From an uncultured Chlorobiaceae bacterium (lineage in GTDB: Bacteria; Bacteroidota; Chlorobiia; Chlorobiales; Chlorobiaceae): a DNA stretch of 64,000 bases. Below, piece after piece: positions 9,917-20,951 of this stretch (positions within the stretch are counted from its first letter, which is position 1; each line of letters starts with the position of its first letter). The stretch spans positions 8,169-72,168 of the forward strand of contig CAIWUU010000058.1 of the NCBI GenBank assembly GCA_903915955.1, in the 5' to 3' direction. A program made the translations under genes and the position numbers. Under the pieces are notes generated by a model. That model was not told the DNA's origin, made no database searches, and worked only from the letters and a program-made list of their open reading frames with translations.

Positions 9917-10224
9917 TGTAAGCTCAATGATTTCGATACATCCTTACCAAATAACCTTGTAATTCACGGAATTAGAAATATTGCTGTGCTGTTTGGCGCT
10001 GACTCGTTATAATATCTTCGGGAAATCAGGATACCTTGTAGTCCCCGCAATACCCCGGCTTGTATAATGTGCGTATACATTACCACTCAAGTATACACAA
10101 GCGTCGCAGTTTCAACTATTTATTACTAATCCATTTCAATGCATGGAGTTAAATTATCAAACCCGACATAGGGAGAGCCAGCGGCTCAACACCGATGGCT
10201 CTTGCAAAACACAACGCAAACCTT

Positions 10225-11244
10225 TCAGTTCTTCGCCACAATAACCTCAGCAATCTGCACCGCATTAGTCGCAGCCCCTTTCCTAAGGTTATCTGCCACA
10301 ATCCACATATTCAGCGTCTGCGGGTGCCAGTAGTCGCGGCGAATGCGTCCGACAAAGACCTCGTCGCGCTCGTAGGAGGTGAGCGGCATGGGATAGAGAC
10401 GTGCCGACGGATCATCCTGCAGGATAATGCCTGGCGAGGTACGAAGAAGCTCACGCACTTCGTCGATGTCGAAATCTTTTGCCAGCTCAATGTTCAGCGA
10501 CTCGCCATGGCCACCGTACACAGGAATGCGGACAGTTGTGGGAGAGACACTGATAGCATCGTCACCCATGATTTTTTTGGTCTCGTTCACCATCTTCATC
10601 TCCTCCTTGGTGTAGCCATTCTCAGTGAAGGCATCAATCTGCGGCACGGCATTGAAGGCGATCTGGTGAAAATGGGTAAACTGCTCCGGGTTCTCACCGG
10701 CAAGCTCACTTTCGAGGGCATCGCGTCCTGCCTTGCCTTTTCCAGTCACGGACTGATAGGTTGAAACAACCACTCTCTTGATGCCAAAGTGGTCGTACAA
10801 CGGCTTGAGCACCACCACCATCTGAATGGTCGAACAGTTGGGGTTGGCAATAATCGACTCTGGGGTGCCATCCGCTTTAAAAATATCTCCGGGATTGACT
10901 TCGGGCACAACCAGGGGAACATCGGTATCCATGCGGAATGCCGATGAGTTATCGATCACAATGGCCCCTTCGGCAGCGGCAACCCTGGCCCACTCTTTGC
11001 TGGCGGTTGCGCCTGCGGAAAAGAGTGCAATATCGACACCACGGAACGCTTCGGCAGATGGCTCACGGATAATGTACTCCTTGCCATTAAAGGCCACCGA
11101 CTGACCGGCGCTTCTTGCGGAAGCAATCGGCACAAAGTCGGTTACCGGAAATTTTCTCTCTTCAAGTACCTTGATCATGGTGCGGCCAACCAGGCCAGTT
11201 GCACCAAGCACCGCAACTCTGCAGCGGAAATCCGAACTACTCAT
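10225..11244 (-). CDS. asd: aspartate-semialdehyde dehydrogenase
   Basis: 339 aa with N-terminal VAVLGATGLVG and the active-site region IIANPNCSTIQMV. Confidence 0.95.
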   Translation of the reverse strand: MSSSDFRCRVAVLGATGLVGRTMIKVLEERKFPVTDFVPIASARSAGQSVAFNGKEYIIREPSAEAFRGVDIALFSAGATASKEWARVAAAEGAIVIDNSSAFRMDTDVPLVVPEVNPGDIFKADGTPESIIANPNCSTIQMVVVLKPLYDHFGIKRVVVSTYQSVTGKGKAGRDALESELAGENPEQFTHFHQIAFNAVPQIDAFTENGYTKEEMKMVNETKKIMGDDAISVSPTTVRIPVYGGHGESLNIELAKDFDIDEVRELLRTSPGIILQDDPSARLYPMPLTSYERDEVFVGRIRRDYWHPQTLNMWIVADNLRKGAATNAVQIAEVIVAKN

Positions 11245-11255
11245 AACACGCTCTT

Positions 11256-12299
11256 TTAATAATTCAAAATTAGTTTATCTGAATGATCATTGAGATATTC
11301 CGCGCCGTCGTGAATCTTTCCCTCCCGCGCATATCCCTCACACTCCTGCCTGTAGGCCAGAAGAATATCGATAAGCTGCTCCCACCCATCCTCGCGCACC
11401 AGTTTGTTACGGACACGCGACACCATCGGGAGCCCTTTCAGGTAGGTCGAATAGTGGCGACGCATCTCAAGCACGCCATATTTCTCACCCTTGAACTGTA
11501 CAGAGAGCTTCAAATGCTCTATGGCCGCATCAATCCTCTCGCGAAAATCGGGCATCGACATCGGCTTGCCGGTTTGAATAAGCTGCTTGGCCTGTTCAAA
11601 GATAAAGGGGTTGCCAATTGAGCCTCGGCCAATCATCACCCCGTCCGCTCCGGTCTCGGCAAACATCGCCACAGCATCCTCGGCTGACCAGATATCGCCA
11701 TTGGCAATAATCGGAATTCTCGCATGCTCTTTTGCTGCACGAATCCAGCTCCAGTCTGCCCTCCCCTTGTACATCTGGCTCCGCGTGCGCCCATGCAGCG
11801 CCAGCGCCTGAATACCGGCATCCTCAAGACGGGGAAGAATATCAAGAATATTGATCGATTCCAGATCCCAGCCAATTCTTGTTTTGGCTGTCACCGGAAT
11901 GTTCACCGCCTTCACAACCGCTTCGGAAATCTGCGCCATCTTCTCTGGTTCCCTCAGCAGCGCAGCGCCAGCTCCCTTGCCAGCAACCTTCTTGGTGGGG
12001 CAACCGAAATTGATATCGAGATAGTCGGGGCGATACTCTTCGGCAATCACCGCCGCCTCAACCATCGACTCAACACTGTTGCCAAAAATCTGTATGGCAA
12101 AGGGCCTCTCAATGGGATCGGTCTTCAGTTTGCGCAACGACTTTTCAACGCCCCTGCGCAGGGCTTCAGCGCTGATAAATTCTGTATAGACAATATCCGC
12201 CCCATGGCACTTGCAAAGTTGCCTGAATGCCCTGTCTGTCACATCTTCCATCGGTGCAAGCATGACAGGACGGTCAATATCAAGAAGGCCTATCTTCAT
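11256..12299 (-). CDS. dusB: tRNA-dihydrouridine synthase
   Basis: 347 aa, starting with [14 protein letters not shown]. It shows Dus TIM-barrel motifs (INFGCP, HGRTR) and overlaps the recA stop by 4 nt. Confidence 0.85.
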   Translation of the reverse strand: MKIGLLDIDRPVMLAPMEDVTDRAFRQLCKCHGADIVYTEFISAEALRRGVEKSLRKLKTDPIERPFAIQIFGNSVESMVEAAVIAEEYRPDYLDINFGCPTKKVAGKGAGAALLREPEKMAQISEAVVKAVNIPVTAKTRIGWDLESINILDILPRLEDAGIQALALHGRTRSQMYKGRADWSWIRAAKEHARIPIIANGDIWSAEDAVAMFAETGADGVMIGRGSIGNPFIFEQAKQLIQTGKPMSMPDFRERIDAAIEHLKLSVQFKGEKYGVLEMRRHYSTYLKGLPMVSRVRNKLVREDGWEQLIDILLAYRQECEGYAREGKIHDGAEYLNDHSDKLILNY

Positions 12300-13348
12300 T
12301 CCTGGCCGCTGATAATCTCCGCTGATCCAGTCATCAGCTCCTTGACCTGCGCATGGATTTTTTTATAGAGCACAGAATCTTCACGAAGCGCTTTTTTCAC
12401 CGTCTCACGTCCCTGACCAAGCTTCTCCTGACCATAACTGAACCATGATCCAGCCTTTTTGATCACCCCGAATTCGACGCCAAGATCAATCAGCTCACCT
12501 ATGGCTGAAATACCCTCTCCATAAAGAATATCAAACTCAGCAGTCTTGAAGGGAGGAGCAACCTTGTTCTTGACAACCTTGACCCTGGTGCGGTTGCCGG
12601 TGCTCTCATCACCATCCTTTATCTGGGCAATTTTGCGAATATCGAGACGTATTGAGGAATAAAATTTCAGTGCCTTGCCGCCAGTCGTTGTCTCCGGGCT
12701 GCCGTACATCACCCCGATTTTATCGCGAAGCTGATTGATAAAGATACAGACAGTGCTCGATTTGGAGATAGCGCCAGTCAGTTTGCGTAGCGCCTGGCTC
12801 ATCAGTCTGGCCTGCAACCCCATAACACTGTCGCCCATCTCTCCCTCAAGCTCAGCCTGGGGCACGAGAGCAGCAACAGAATCGACCACAACAACGTCAA
12901 TGGCACCACTTCTCACCAGCGTTTCAACAATAGAGAGCGCCTGCTCACCAGATTCCGGCTGGCTGATGAGCAGCGCATTGATGTCAACGCCGAGCTTTCG
13001 GGCATAAGTTGGGTCAAACGCATGTTCAGCGTCCACAATAGCGGCAATACCACCCTCTTTCTGCGCTTCTGCAATAACATGCAGCGCCAGAGTGGTTTTG
13101 CCCGACGATTCAGGCCCATAAATTTCTGTTACCCTTCCACGGGGAAGACCACCAACGCCAAGCGCAAAGTCAAGCGCCATGGAGCCTGTAGAGATCGACT
13201 GTACCGTCAATCCGGCAGAGCCGTCACCCATTCGCATAATGGCCCCCTTCCCAAACTGCTTTTCAACAGCCTCAACAGCCAGGTTCAACTGTTTGAGTTT
13301 TGCTGGATCAACAGCGACAGGCATCTGTTCAGTTTTTTGGATATCCAT
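12296..13348 (-). CDS. recA: recombinase RecA
   Basis: 350 aa with the Walker A motif GPESSGKTT and L1/L2 regions matching canonical RecA throughout. Confidence 0.98.
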   Translation of the reverse strand: MDIQKTEQMPVAVDPAKLKQLNLAVEAVEKQFGKGAIMRMGDGSAGLTVQSISTGSMALDFALGVGGLPRGRVTEIYGPESSGKTTLALHVIAEAQKEGGIAAIVDAEHAFDPTYARKLGVDINALLISQPESGEQALSIVETLVRSGAIDVVVVDSVAALVPQAELEGEMGDSVMGLQARLMSQALRKLTGAISKSSTVCIFINQLRDKIGVMYGSPETTTGGKALKFYSSIRLDIRKIAQIKDGDESTGNRTRVKVVKNKVAPPFKTAEFDILYGEGISAIGELIDLGVEFGVIKKAGSWFSYGQEKLGQGRETVKKALREDSVLYKKIHAQVKELMTGSAEIISGQE

Positions 13349-13385
13349 AGTCCGCTCATTATAAAATTGTAAAAAAGAGAATAGT

Positions 13386-14375
13386 TCAGGCGGTAATCGT
13401 CTTGAATGTTTCCGGGAGATCCCGATAGCGAAGACTCAGCTCCTGTACTGACCTTGTGTTGCTGTATGCAAGATGCCTTGTGGAAGTACGCATGCTCTCA
13501 AGACTGATAAAGGAGGGGCGACGCAACAACAGCGACCAGCACTCTCCACCAAGACCGGCAAGCAAACCCAGGATCTCTGGCAGCATCATGGTATGACCTG
13601 CGCCGCGACCACCACTCCTTCCAAGACGGTCGAACAACTCCTGAAAAGAGAGATTATGACCAACAATAACATAGCGCTCCCCGGAACAGCCGGTTTTCCA
13701 TGCTGCAATATGGGCATCAGCCACATCGCGGACATCAACAAAACCGGTACCTCCTGAAGGGCAAAGTGGCAGTTGACCTTGATAGATAAGCTTCAGCACC
13801 TTGTTGGACGAGCTGACTGAGGCAATGTTCTCCCGGTCCACACCAATCACAACCCCGGGGTTGAGCAGAACAACTTCAAGTCCCTCTGCCAGACCACGCA
13901 ACCCTTCGAGCTCCGCCAGATGTTTTGCCTCCATATACCCGTTACTGCGCTGCCACTCCTGGAAGGTTGTGGATTCGCTGGCCGGAGAACCATCCTCAGT
14001 AGCTCCGACCGCCGCAATGGAGCTGGTCATAACCAGCCTGCGCACCTTGTTGTGAAGAGATGCGTTGACCACGTTTCTCGTTCCGAGAACATTGGTATCG
14101 TAGAGGGCATTACGAAAACTCTTTGTGTAGGCAATCAGTCCGGCACAATGAAAAACAGTGTCAGCTCCCCTGAATGCTTCATTGAGAGCGAGAGGATCAA
14201 GAATATCAGCGTTGACAATTTCAACAGGCAACCCCTTAAGAAAGGAGCAGTCTGAGCTTTCGCGGGCAACCACCCGGCAGTTGATCTCTCCTGAAAACCG
14301 GGAAAGCAGCCCAAGAACGACCTGAGATCCAATATATCCGGTGGCTCCGGTTATGACAATTGATGATTTGAGCAT
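13386..14375 (-). CDS. NAD-dependent epimerase/dehydratase family protein (extended SDR)
   Basis: It has the Rossmann motif [10 protein letters not shown] and a YxxxK (YMEAKHL). I set the start at [13 protein letters not shown] (ATG 14375), because the 75 extra codons in the track ORF have no SDR counterpart. Confidence 0.8.
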   Translation of the reverse strand: MLKSSIVITGATGYIGSQVVLGLLSRFSGEINCRVVARESSDCSFLKGLPVEIVNADILDPLALNEAFRGADTVFHCAGLIAYTKSFRNALYDTNVLGTRNVVNASLHNKVRRLVMTSSIAAVGATEDGSPASESTTFQEWQRSNGYMEAKHLAELEGLRGLAEGLEVVLLNPGVVIGVDRENIASVSSSNKVLKLIYQGQLPLCPSGGTGFVDVRDVADAHIAAWKTGCSGERYVIVGHNLSFQELFDRLGRSGGRGAGHTMMLPEILGLLAGLGGECWSLLLRRPSFISLESMRTSTRHLAYSNTRSVQELSLRYRDLPETFKTITA

Positions 14376-14617
14376 TAATCGCTGAATATTTCTGCCTGTT
14401 TGTTCCCGACACGTAACCTTGTAACAATAGCTCAGGAAACAACCGTCCTCCTCTCTTGCAGAAGTAAAATACCTTAATTTTTCGCTGAACACCAAAAAAA
14501 AACGACCCCGGCAGTAAAGGAATATAAACGACGGCAAAGCTTCACTGTTCTTAAAAATAAGAATTAAAACTACATTGCATTCAATTCCACTCACAAGCAT
14601 CAGAAAATTATTCGGTC

Positions 14618-15898
14618 ATGACAAAAGATAACCAGCCCTCTCCGGTAACTCCATTTTCAGAGGGGTCAGTTCACCAGGGTGTTCTTGGCAATGGGCTGAA
14701 CATTGTCACTGATGCCGTCCCGTACCTGCACAGCATTACGCTCGGCATCCAGATCGAAGCCGGTTCTCGCGATGACCCGGAAAAGAGTCCGGGACTGGCA
14801 CATTTCATTGAACATGCGATTTTCAAAGGAACGAAGCGACGCAGCTACATCGATATCGCCAGGAATATTGAAAAACATGGTGGATACCTTGATGCATACA
14901 CAACCAAGGAGCATACCTGTATCTATCTGCGCTGCCTTCCGGAACACCTCGAGCCATCCTTCGACCTGCTCTCGGATCTTGTCTGTGACCCGATTTTTCC
15001 TCCCGAGGAGATCGAGAAAGAGAAAGAGGTTGTTATTGAGGAGATCAGCAGCGTTAATGATACCCCTGAAGAGCTTATTTTTGAGGAGTTTGATCTGCGC
15101 TCATTTCCCTGCCACCCCATTGGCAAACCGATTCTTGGCACTGAAAAGAGTGTTGAGGGATTCAGCGACAGTGACCTGAAAAACTTTATGCGGCAGCACT
15201 ATGTTCCGAGAAAAATGTTGCTCACAGCAACCGGCAAGGTCGATCACGACGACATTATGCGGCTCAGTGACAAATTTCTTGGTTCCCTTGCAGAGGTGCC
15301 TGGCAACAGCCATATCCGCCAGCCATTCCTGCCGGAGCACTATACACCATTTACCGTGAAACTGAAAAAACGGGTCTGCCAGGCACAGATTCTGCTCGGT
15401 ACCGCCATAGCGCGACAGGATCCTCTCTATTACAGTTTGATGGTACTTAGCTCCATGCTCGGCAACGGCATGAGCTCTCTCCTCAATCTGGAACTGCGGG
15501 AAAAAAGGGGACTGGCTTACAACGTTTACTCATCAGTCACCTTTTGCGATGATCTGACCGCCCTCAATATCTATGCAGGCACCGACGGCAATAAAACAAA
15601 GATTTCACTTGAGCTTATCGCTGAACTGCTCAAGAGTGATGCACTCCTCAATCCCGACCAGGAAGAGGTGCGGGCGGCCAAAACGAAACTACTCGGCTAC
15701 CATATCATGGGCATGGAAAAAATGACGCGCCGTATGTCGCAGATCTGTTCTGACCTCTCCTATTTTGGACGGTATATTGATCCAGAGGAAAAAACCGCAG
15801 CAATCGAAGCTGTCACCGTGGAAGATATCGCCGAAGCCGCAAAGCAGATACTGCATCAAGCCCCGTACTCCACACTGGTCTATAAGCCAAGCCGATAG
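14618..15898 (+). CDS. M16 family (pitrilysin/insulinase-like) zinc peptidase
   Basis: 426 aa with the inverted zinc motif HFIEH (HxxEH) near the N-terminus. Confidence 0.85.
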   Translation: MTKDNQPSPVTPFSEGSVHQGVLGNGLNIVTDAVPYLHSITLGIQIEAGSRDDPEKSPGLAHFIEHAIFKGTKRRSYIDIARNIEKHGGYLDAYTTKEHTCIYLRCLPEHLEPSFDLLSDLVCDPIFPPEEIEKEKEVVIEEISSVNDTPEELIFEEFDLRSFPCHPIGKPILGTEKSVEGFSDSDLKNFMRQHYVPRKMLLTATGKVDHDDIMRLSDKFLGSLAEVPGNSHIRQPFLPEHYTPFTVKLKKRVCQAQILLGTAIARQDPLYYSLMVLSSMLGNGMSSLLNLELREKRGLAYNVYSSVTFCDDLTALNIYAGTDGNKTKISLELIAELLKSDALLNPDQEEVRAAKTKLLGYHIMGMEKMTRRMSQICSDLSYFGRYIDPEEKTAAIEAVTVEDIAEAAKQILHQAPYSTLVYKPSR

Positions 15899-16000
15899 AT
15901 TTTGGGAGGAGAGGAGTGGCTCAATTTTAATAAACAGGATTTATTCGTTATCTTATGCACTTTTACTTTTTTCAGCATTACCAATTAACCTAAGAGAGCC

Positions 16001-17290
16001 TTGCAAAAAATTATCAGAAACATTAACGAAACCGAACAGATTCTGGAGATTACTCTTACAGCAGAAGAGTTTGGAGCCGAATATAACCAGGAGCTCGAAG
16101 AAGCCAGAAAAAGCATTCAGATCAAGGGATTCAGGAAAGGGCATGCCCCGGTAAGCCTGGTAAAAAAACTCGCAGGCCCCTCTATTGAGACCACCGTTGC
16201 TGAGAAAATGGCATCGAAATATTTTACCGAGATTGTAGAAGCTGAAAACATTAAACCGGTAAACCGCGCAGAGATTATTGGCTTCTCTTTTGAGGGCGAT
16301 CAGTTGACGATCAAGCTCGCTTATGAAGTTCAGCCTGAGTTTGAACTCAACGATTTCAGCGGCTATTCATTTACCAAAGCGCTCTACACCATTACTGATG
16401 AGGATGTTGATCGTGAAGTAAACCTTATTTTGAAGGGACATGGCTCATTGATCAGTGTTGATGAAGCTGCATCAGCAACGGATACCGTCATCGGTGATGT
16501 ATGGAAGCTTGATGAAGCTGGCGAACCTGATGAAACACAGAAAACCTCAAGCCACCACTTCAGCCTTGAGTACCTTCCTGAAGGAAACCCTTTCCGCAAA
16601 GAGCTGACAGGGAAAAAAGCCGGGGAGAGTGTTGATATTGAAAACAAGGAGCAGGATTCCGAGACAGAGCCCACCCGCTATCGGGTTGCCATCAGTGAAG
16701 TCAAACGACTCGACCTGCCGGAACTTACCGAAGAGTTGGTCAAGGAGATTACCGATCATCAATTTGAATCAGTAGCAGCCTTCAAGGCTGACATACAGAA
16801 CCAGCTTAAAAAGCATTTCACCAAAAAAGCTGAAGAAGACCTCCTCGAGTCCATCTCGGCGAAACTGATTGACGAAAACCCGGTACCTACTCCAGAATCA
16901 ATCGTTGAATCGTTCTCCAACATGCTTCTTGAGAACGCCAAACGGCAGATCGGCGGAAATTTCCCGAAAAATTTCAATCCCGCTGATTTCCGGGAAACTT
17001 TGAGGCCAAATGCCATCAAACATGCTCAATGGATGATCATCACCAGAAAAATAGCTGAAACAGGCAATATCTCTATATCTGATGATGATCTCAAAGCCTA
17101 CATGGAAAAAGAGGCGATGAATCATCCCGAAGCTCAAAGAGAGCAATTTGTTGAATCATATAAAAACCCTGAAATCAGTGAGTACATCTCTGAGATGATT
17201 TTCAAGGGGAAGATCTACGACCTTCTGAAGTCGCAGGTGACCATCACTGAAGAGGCAAAACCAGTCCCCGCCCCAAACCAGGAAGAGTGA
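16001..17290 (+). CDS. tig: trigger factor
   Basis: 429 aa with the ribosome-binding signature GFRKGHAP in the N-terminal domain. The start is TTG. Confidence 0.9.
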   Translation: MQKIIRNINETEQILEITLTAEEFGAEYNQELEEARKSIQIKGFRKGHAPVSLVKKLAGPSIETTVAEKMASKYFTEIVEAENIKPVNRAEIIGFSFEGDQLTIKLAYEVQPEFELNDFSGYSFTKALYTITDEDVDREVNLILKGHGSLISVDEAASATDTVIGDVWKLDEAGEPDETQKTSSHHFSLEYLPEGNPFRKELTGKKAGESVDIENKEQDSETEPTRYRVAISEVKRLDLPELTEELVKEITDHQFESVAAFKADIQNQLKKHFTKKAEEDLLESISAKLIDENPVPTPESIVESFSNMLLENAKRQIGGNFPKNFNPADFRETLRPNAIKHAQWMIITRKIAETGNISISDDDLKAYMEKEAMNHPEAQREQFVESYKNPEISEYISEMIFKGKIYDLLKSQVTITEEAKPVPAPNQEE

Positions 17291-17316
17291 GCAGCACTCA
17301 TACTGAATGAGAAACT

Positions 17317-17352
17317 AAAAGCAGGAGTTCATAAAACAGCTCCTGCTTTTTT
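17317..17352. terminator. bidirectional intrinsic terminator between tig (+) and acpS (-)
   Basis: The stem is aaaagcaggag/ctcctgctttt, flanked by an A-run on one side and a T-run on the other. The T-run abuts the acpS stop codon. Confidence 0.75.
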
Positions 17353-17719
17353 ATTTTCCCCCTGGCTCATCAATCATCGACATAGCCACCGCAGCACGTC
17401 GATCATGAGCAATTGAGATTTTGATGGATCGTCCATGAAAACAGTGTACATCAGTGGGGCGCACATAAGGACGTCCCCTTTCATCATTGAGTATCTCAAA
17501 GCTTTTCCAGTGCACATCCCCCGAAAATCCTGTACCAAGCGCCTTGACAACCGCCTCTTTGGCTGCGAATCGACCGGCTATACTGGCAACCACCTGCGGT
17601 TTATGCAGGCACAGGGCGATCTCCTCCTCCGTGAGAAAACGCTGAAGAAACTTCATGCCATATCGAGTATAGAGTGTCTCAATCCGATCAAGATCAACAA
17701 TATCTACGCCAATTTCCAT
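17351..17719 (-). CDS. acpS: holo-[acyl-carrier-protein] synthase
   Basis: N-terminal MEIGVDIVDLDRIE and FAAKEAVVKALG are the classic AcpS motifs. The start is set at the MEIGVD methionine. Confidence 0.85.
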   Translation of the reverse strand: MEIGVDIVDLDRIETLYTRYGMKFLQRFLTEEEIALCLHKPQVVASIAGRFAAKEAVVKALGTGFSGDVHWKSFEILNDERGRPYVRPTDVHCFHGRSIKISIAHDRRAAVAMSMIDEPGGK

Positions 17720-17729
17720 ACTCTTCCTT

Positions 17730-18611
17730 TCAGTCAAGCTTGATTGTCATGGAGAGATCGAGAGCTTTGACGCTGTGCGTCAATTCGCCAATAGAGATAA
17801 AATCAACACCAGTTTCTGCCACTGCAACCACATTGTGTAAACCGATATTGCCCGATGCTTCAAGAAGAACGGTGAGGCCAGTGCTTCTGACATTGAGAAC
17901 AGCCTCTTTCATAAGGGCAGGAGTAAAGTTATCAAGCAAAATAATATCCGGCCGGCATGAGAGAGCTGCCCGTAACTCATCAAGAGAGCGTACCTCCGTC
18001 TCAATCTTCACATCAAGCTCGTTATTCTCACGATACTCTTTGGCATGAAGAATAGCCTGGGCAATTCCTCCTGATGCATCGATATGGTTGTCCTTGATAA
18101 GAATCATGTCGAAAAGACCAACGCGATGGTTCACTCCACCACCAATCCTGACCGCCTCCTTGTCGAAATAACGCAACCCTGGGGCAGTTTTGCGGGTATC
18201 AAGAATTTTTGCTCCGGTATGGCTGATGGTATCGACATAGCTCCTTGTTCTGGTCGCAATCCCCGACATGCGCTGCATGAAATTCAGTGCGGTACGTTCA
18301 CCAACAAGAATCGGTGAGAGCTTTCCCGTCAACTCAAGAATAAGGTCACCACTGAGTACGGCATCACCATCACTGCAATGCGGAACAACGGCAAGCGCTG
18401 AATCACAGGCGGCAAACACCTGCATGGCAACAGCAATACCGCCCACAATACCACTCTCCTTGGCCCTGATTACAGCACGACCTCCCTCCTGAGGATCAAT
18501 GGTGGCAAGGGTGGTAATATCCCCCGTGTAACAATCTTCCTCAAGAGCAAGCATTATTGCCTTTGCGCGGCACCCCTCATAAAAGTCGGCGAGAGCCTTG
18601 TTCATCATCAT
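17730..18611 (-). CDS. nadC: nicotinate-nucleotide diphosphorylase (quinolinate phosphoribosyltransferase)
   Basis: It shows the motifs LGERTALNF, TRKTAPGLR and LIKDNH. The start is taken at the MMMNKAL triple-Met (18611, or 18605/18608); the longer track ORF is unsupported. Confidence 0.9.
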   Translation of the reverse strand: MMMNKALADFYEGCRAKAIMLALEEDCYTGDITTLATIDPQEGGRAVIRAKESGIVGGIAVAMQVFAACDSALAVVPHCSDGDAVLSGDLILELTGKLSPILVGERTALNFMQRMSGIATRTRSYVDTISHTGAKILDTRKTAPGLRYFDKEAVRIGGGVNHRVGLFDMILIKDNHIDASGGIAQAILHAKEYRENNELDVKIETEVRSLDELRAALSCRPDIILLDNFTPALMKEAVLNVRSTGLTVLLEASGNIGLHNVVAVAETGVDFISIGELTHSVKALDLSMTIKLD

Positions 18612-18789
18612 CACTTTTGAAACATGAAAGAAACCTTCTGTACCCATGAAGGTAGTGAATTTTATTCTTTTTAGAGTGACGGGATGCACCTCTTTCAGGC
18701 AAGGGAACTTCGATTGATTCTCTGCCACTGTACAACGATGCAGGGAATTTGCTATATTGCGAGCGATCAACTTACCACTTGAAAGTTAT

Positions 18790-19167
18790 ATGACACAACA
18801 TGCCCACTCATGCGTCCGACTGGTTAACATGGTCTTCTACGCGCACCACGGCGTACTCAAGGAGGAGCATACCGTCGGCGCTAAATATGAGGTTGATGCT
18901 GAGCTTACCTTCGATTTCACCGATGCAGCGAAGAACGACGATATTACAAAAACTGTTGATTACGGCTCAGTGTACAAGAAGATACGGGAAGCGCTGACCC
19001 TTAAAAAGTATTTCCTGATTGAGGCAGTCGCCTGTGAAATTGCTCACGACCTTCTCTGTGATTTCCCGATTCTCGAGCGGGTCTCCATCAGGGTTCGCAA
19101 ACGCAACCCTCCCGTTGATGGTATCTGCGACTATGCGGAAGCTGATTACTCCACCACCCGTCTTTGA
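18790..19167 (+). CDS. folB: dihydroneopterin aldolase
   Basis: The FolB fold signature [21 protein letters not shown] is present, and the gene lies immediately upstream of folK. Confidence 0.85.
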   Translation: MTQHAHSCVRLVNMVFYAHHGVLKEEHTVGAKYEVDAELTFDFTDAAKNDDITKTVDYGSVYKKIREALTLKKYFLIEAVACEIAHDLLCDFPILERVSIRVRKRNPPVDGICDYAEADYSTTRL

Positions 19168-19173
19168 AATATA

Positions 19174-19698
19174 ATGATGCACAAGGTATTCATTGGGATA
19201 GGATCCAATATCGGGAATCGCATCCACCATCTTCAGGAAGCCGTTGATAAGCTCATGAAGCTTGATGACACATCGGTGTGCGGGGTATCATCCATCTATA
19301 TGACTGAGCCAATTGGTGAAACTGAACAGAACCGTTTTTATAATGGTGTTATTCTGCTTGAAACACTCCTTCCTCCTGAAGAGCTCCGACTGAAGTGTAA
19401 AACGATCGAACATGATCTTGGACGACCTGACGGCTATCCCCGGTGGAATGCCAGGGTGATCGACCTCGATATTCTGCTCTATGACGACCTCTGCCTGCGC
19501 ACTGAAACTCTCTCAATACCACACGCTGAACTGCAGCACAGAAAATTCGTCCTTATCCCGCTGCTTGATATTGCCAATCCTCTGCATCCAGAAACAGGAC
19601 AGAATATCCGTCAACTGCTGGAGTGCTGCGAAGATCAGTCAGTATTGATAAGAACAAAGGAAAATATCACACTAAAAAAAAGACGGAATGCAGATTAA
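19174..19698 (+). CDS. folK: 2-amino-4-hydroxy-6-hydroxymethyldihydropteridine diphosphokinase
   Basis: 174 aa with the HPPK motifs IGIGSNIGN, RVIDLDILLY and PHAELQHRKFVLIPL. Confidence 0.9.
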   Translation: MMHKVFIGIGSNIGNRIHHLQEAVDKLMKLDDTSVCGVSSIYMTEPIGETEQNRFYNGVILLETLLPPEELRLKCKTIEHDLGRPDGYPRWNARVIDLDILLYDDLCLRTETLSIPHAELQHRKFVLIPLLDIANPLHPETGQNIRQLLECCEDQSVLIRTKENITLKKRRNAD

Positions 19699-19749
19699 TG
19701 CACTCCGTCCTATACCTGCGAGGTTATAAGAAAAAAACGATGAAATCAC

Positions 19750-20904
19750 TCAATTGGCAAAGGTGATATTAAGGTTTCCTTCGTCAAAATCTGCGCCCTC
19801 AGTCTTCCGCCCCACAAGGACATTCGGCAGAATAATACTCTTGCGAAAATTGTTGATATCCACAAGTAACTCATCGCCCTTGATATTCACATTAAGCTTC
19901 TTGACCTCAACATTCGGCAGGTAAAGACTCAGCACATATTTCCCGTTGATTTTTTCAAGGCGCTGGGTTTTCTCGCTGGTGTAGAGAATTTCCGACGGGT
20001 TTTTATCGCCAAACATCTCCTTACTCAGCTCATAAAGCCTGTCGGTATTGATAATCTCTGCCGTAGACTGCTTCACCTTAAAAATGGGGACAGGATAGAA
20101 ACAGTTGTCAATCACCTTGAGATATTTGCTTTGAATATCAATAAGACTCTGCAGATAACTATCGGAGGAACTTGGAGGAAGAATCTTGTTGACAATAGCA
20201 GCATCAAGCTTGTAGCCAAAGAGGTTGAGATAGGTCTGTACCCGCAAGGCCTCTTTTATAACCATATTTTCCGGATTCAGGACAACCCTGAAGGTGGTTA
20301 TCGATTTATCCTGAAGCATGGCATGAAGCTCTTTCATGTGACTGTTCACCTCCGGCATGAGCTTGAAGATATTTTTCTTCGGCATAAACTTGTTCAGAAG
20401 AGGTGCTGCAAAACCTATCGCTTTTGAGTGCCATCCACCGATCTTGTCAGCATACCATCCGTAAGATTCAGGCATTCCAAGCAAACGCATCGTCTCACCT
20501 GTTGGAGCGGCATCAACAACAACAACATCATAATTGCCTGACTTGGCAGCCTTCCAGATATAGCGAAGACTGATCATCTCCTCCATTCCGGGCATAATAG
20601 CCAGCTCTTCAGCAACAACTTCATCAGCGCCATCATGCATCAAGATCGATGAAAAATAGGAGTAGAGCTCCGTCCAGTTCTCCCTGATCTCCGCAAGAAC
20701 ATTCACTTCCATGGCAAAAAGATTCTTTTCAACTTCCACAGGCGTAGAAGAAAGTTCAGCATTCAAGGCATCGGCAAGACTGTGCGCTACATCCGTACTC
20801 ATAATCAAAACCCGTTGCCCTCTTCGGGCAATTGCTGTAGCAGACGAAGCTGAAACGGTAGTTTTACCTACCCCTCCTTTACCCAGGTAAAGAATAATTC
20901 TCAT
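19750..20904 (-). CDS. Get3/ArsA-family ATPase (single ATPase domain) with C-terminal HSP20-like domain, paralog 1
   Basis: It has the deviant Walker A GKGGVGKT and the switch II motif [14 protein letters not shown]. The C-terminal ~90 aa form a beta-rich alpha-crystallin-like tail ([28 protein letters not shown]..). Confidence 0.85.
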   Translation of the reverse strand: MRIILYLGKGGVGKTTVSASSATAIARRGQRVLIMSTDVAHSLADALNAELSSTPVEVEKNLFAMEVNVLAEIRENWTELYSYFSSILMHDGADEVVAEELAIMPGMEEMISLRYIWKAAKSGNYDVVVVDAAPTGETMRLLGMPESYGWYADKIGGWHSKAIGFAAPLLNKFMPKKNIFKLMPEVNSHMKELHAMLQDKSITTFRVVLNPENMVIKEALRVQTYLNLFGYKLDAAIVNKILPPSSSDSYLQSLIDIQSKYLKVIDNCFYPVPIFKVKQSTAEIINTDRLYELSKEMFGDKNPSEILYTSEKTQRLEKINGKYVLSLYLPNVEVKKLNVNIKGDELLVDINNFRKSIILPNVLVGRKTEGADFDEGNLNITFAN

Positions 20905-20951
20905 GTTGATAATAAAACTATTGAGTAAACTTGATCTTGACTGAACGCTGG

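Noticed and set aside
19682-19709. Hairpin gacggaatgca/tgcactccgtc spanning the folK stop codon as a terminator
   Set aside because: The stem has an A.C mismatch and is not followed by a T-run. It may be incidental.
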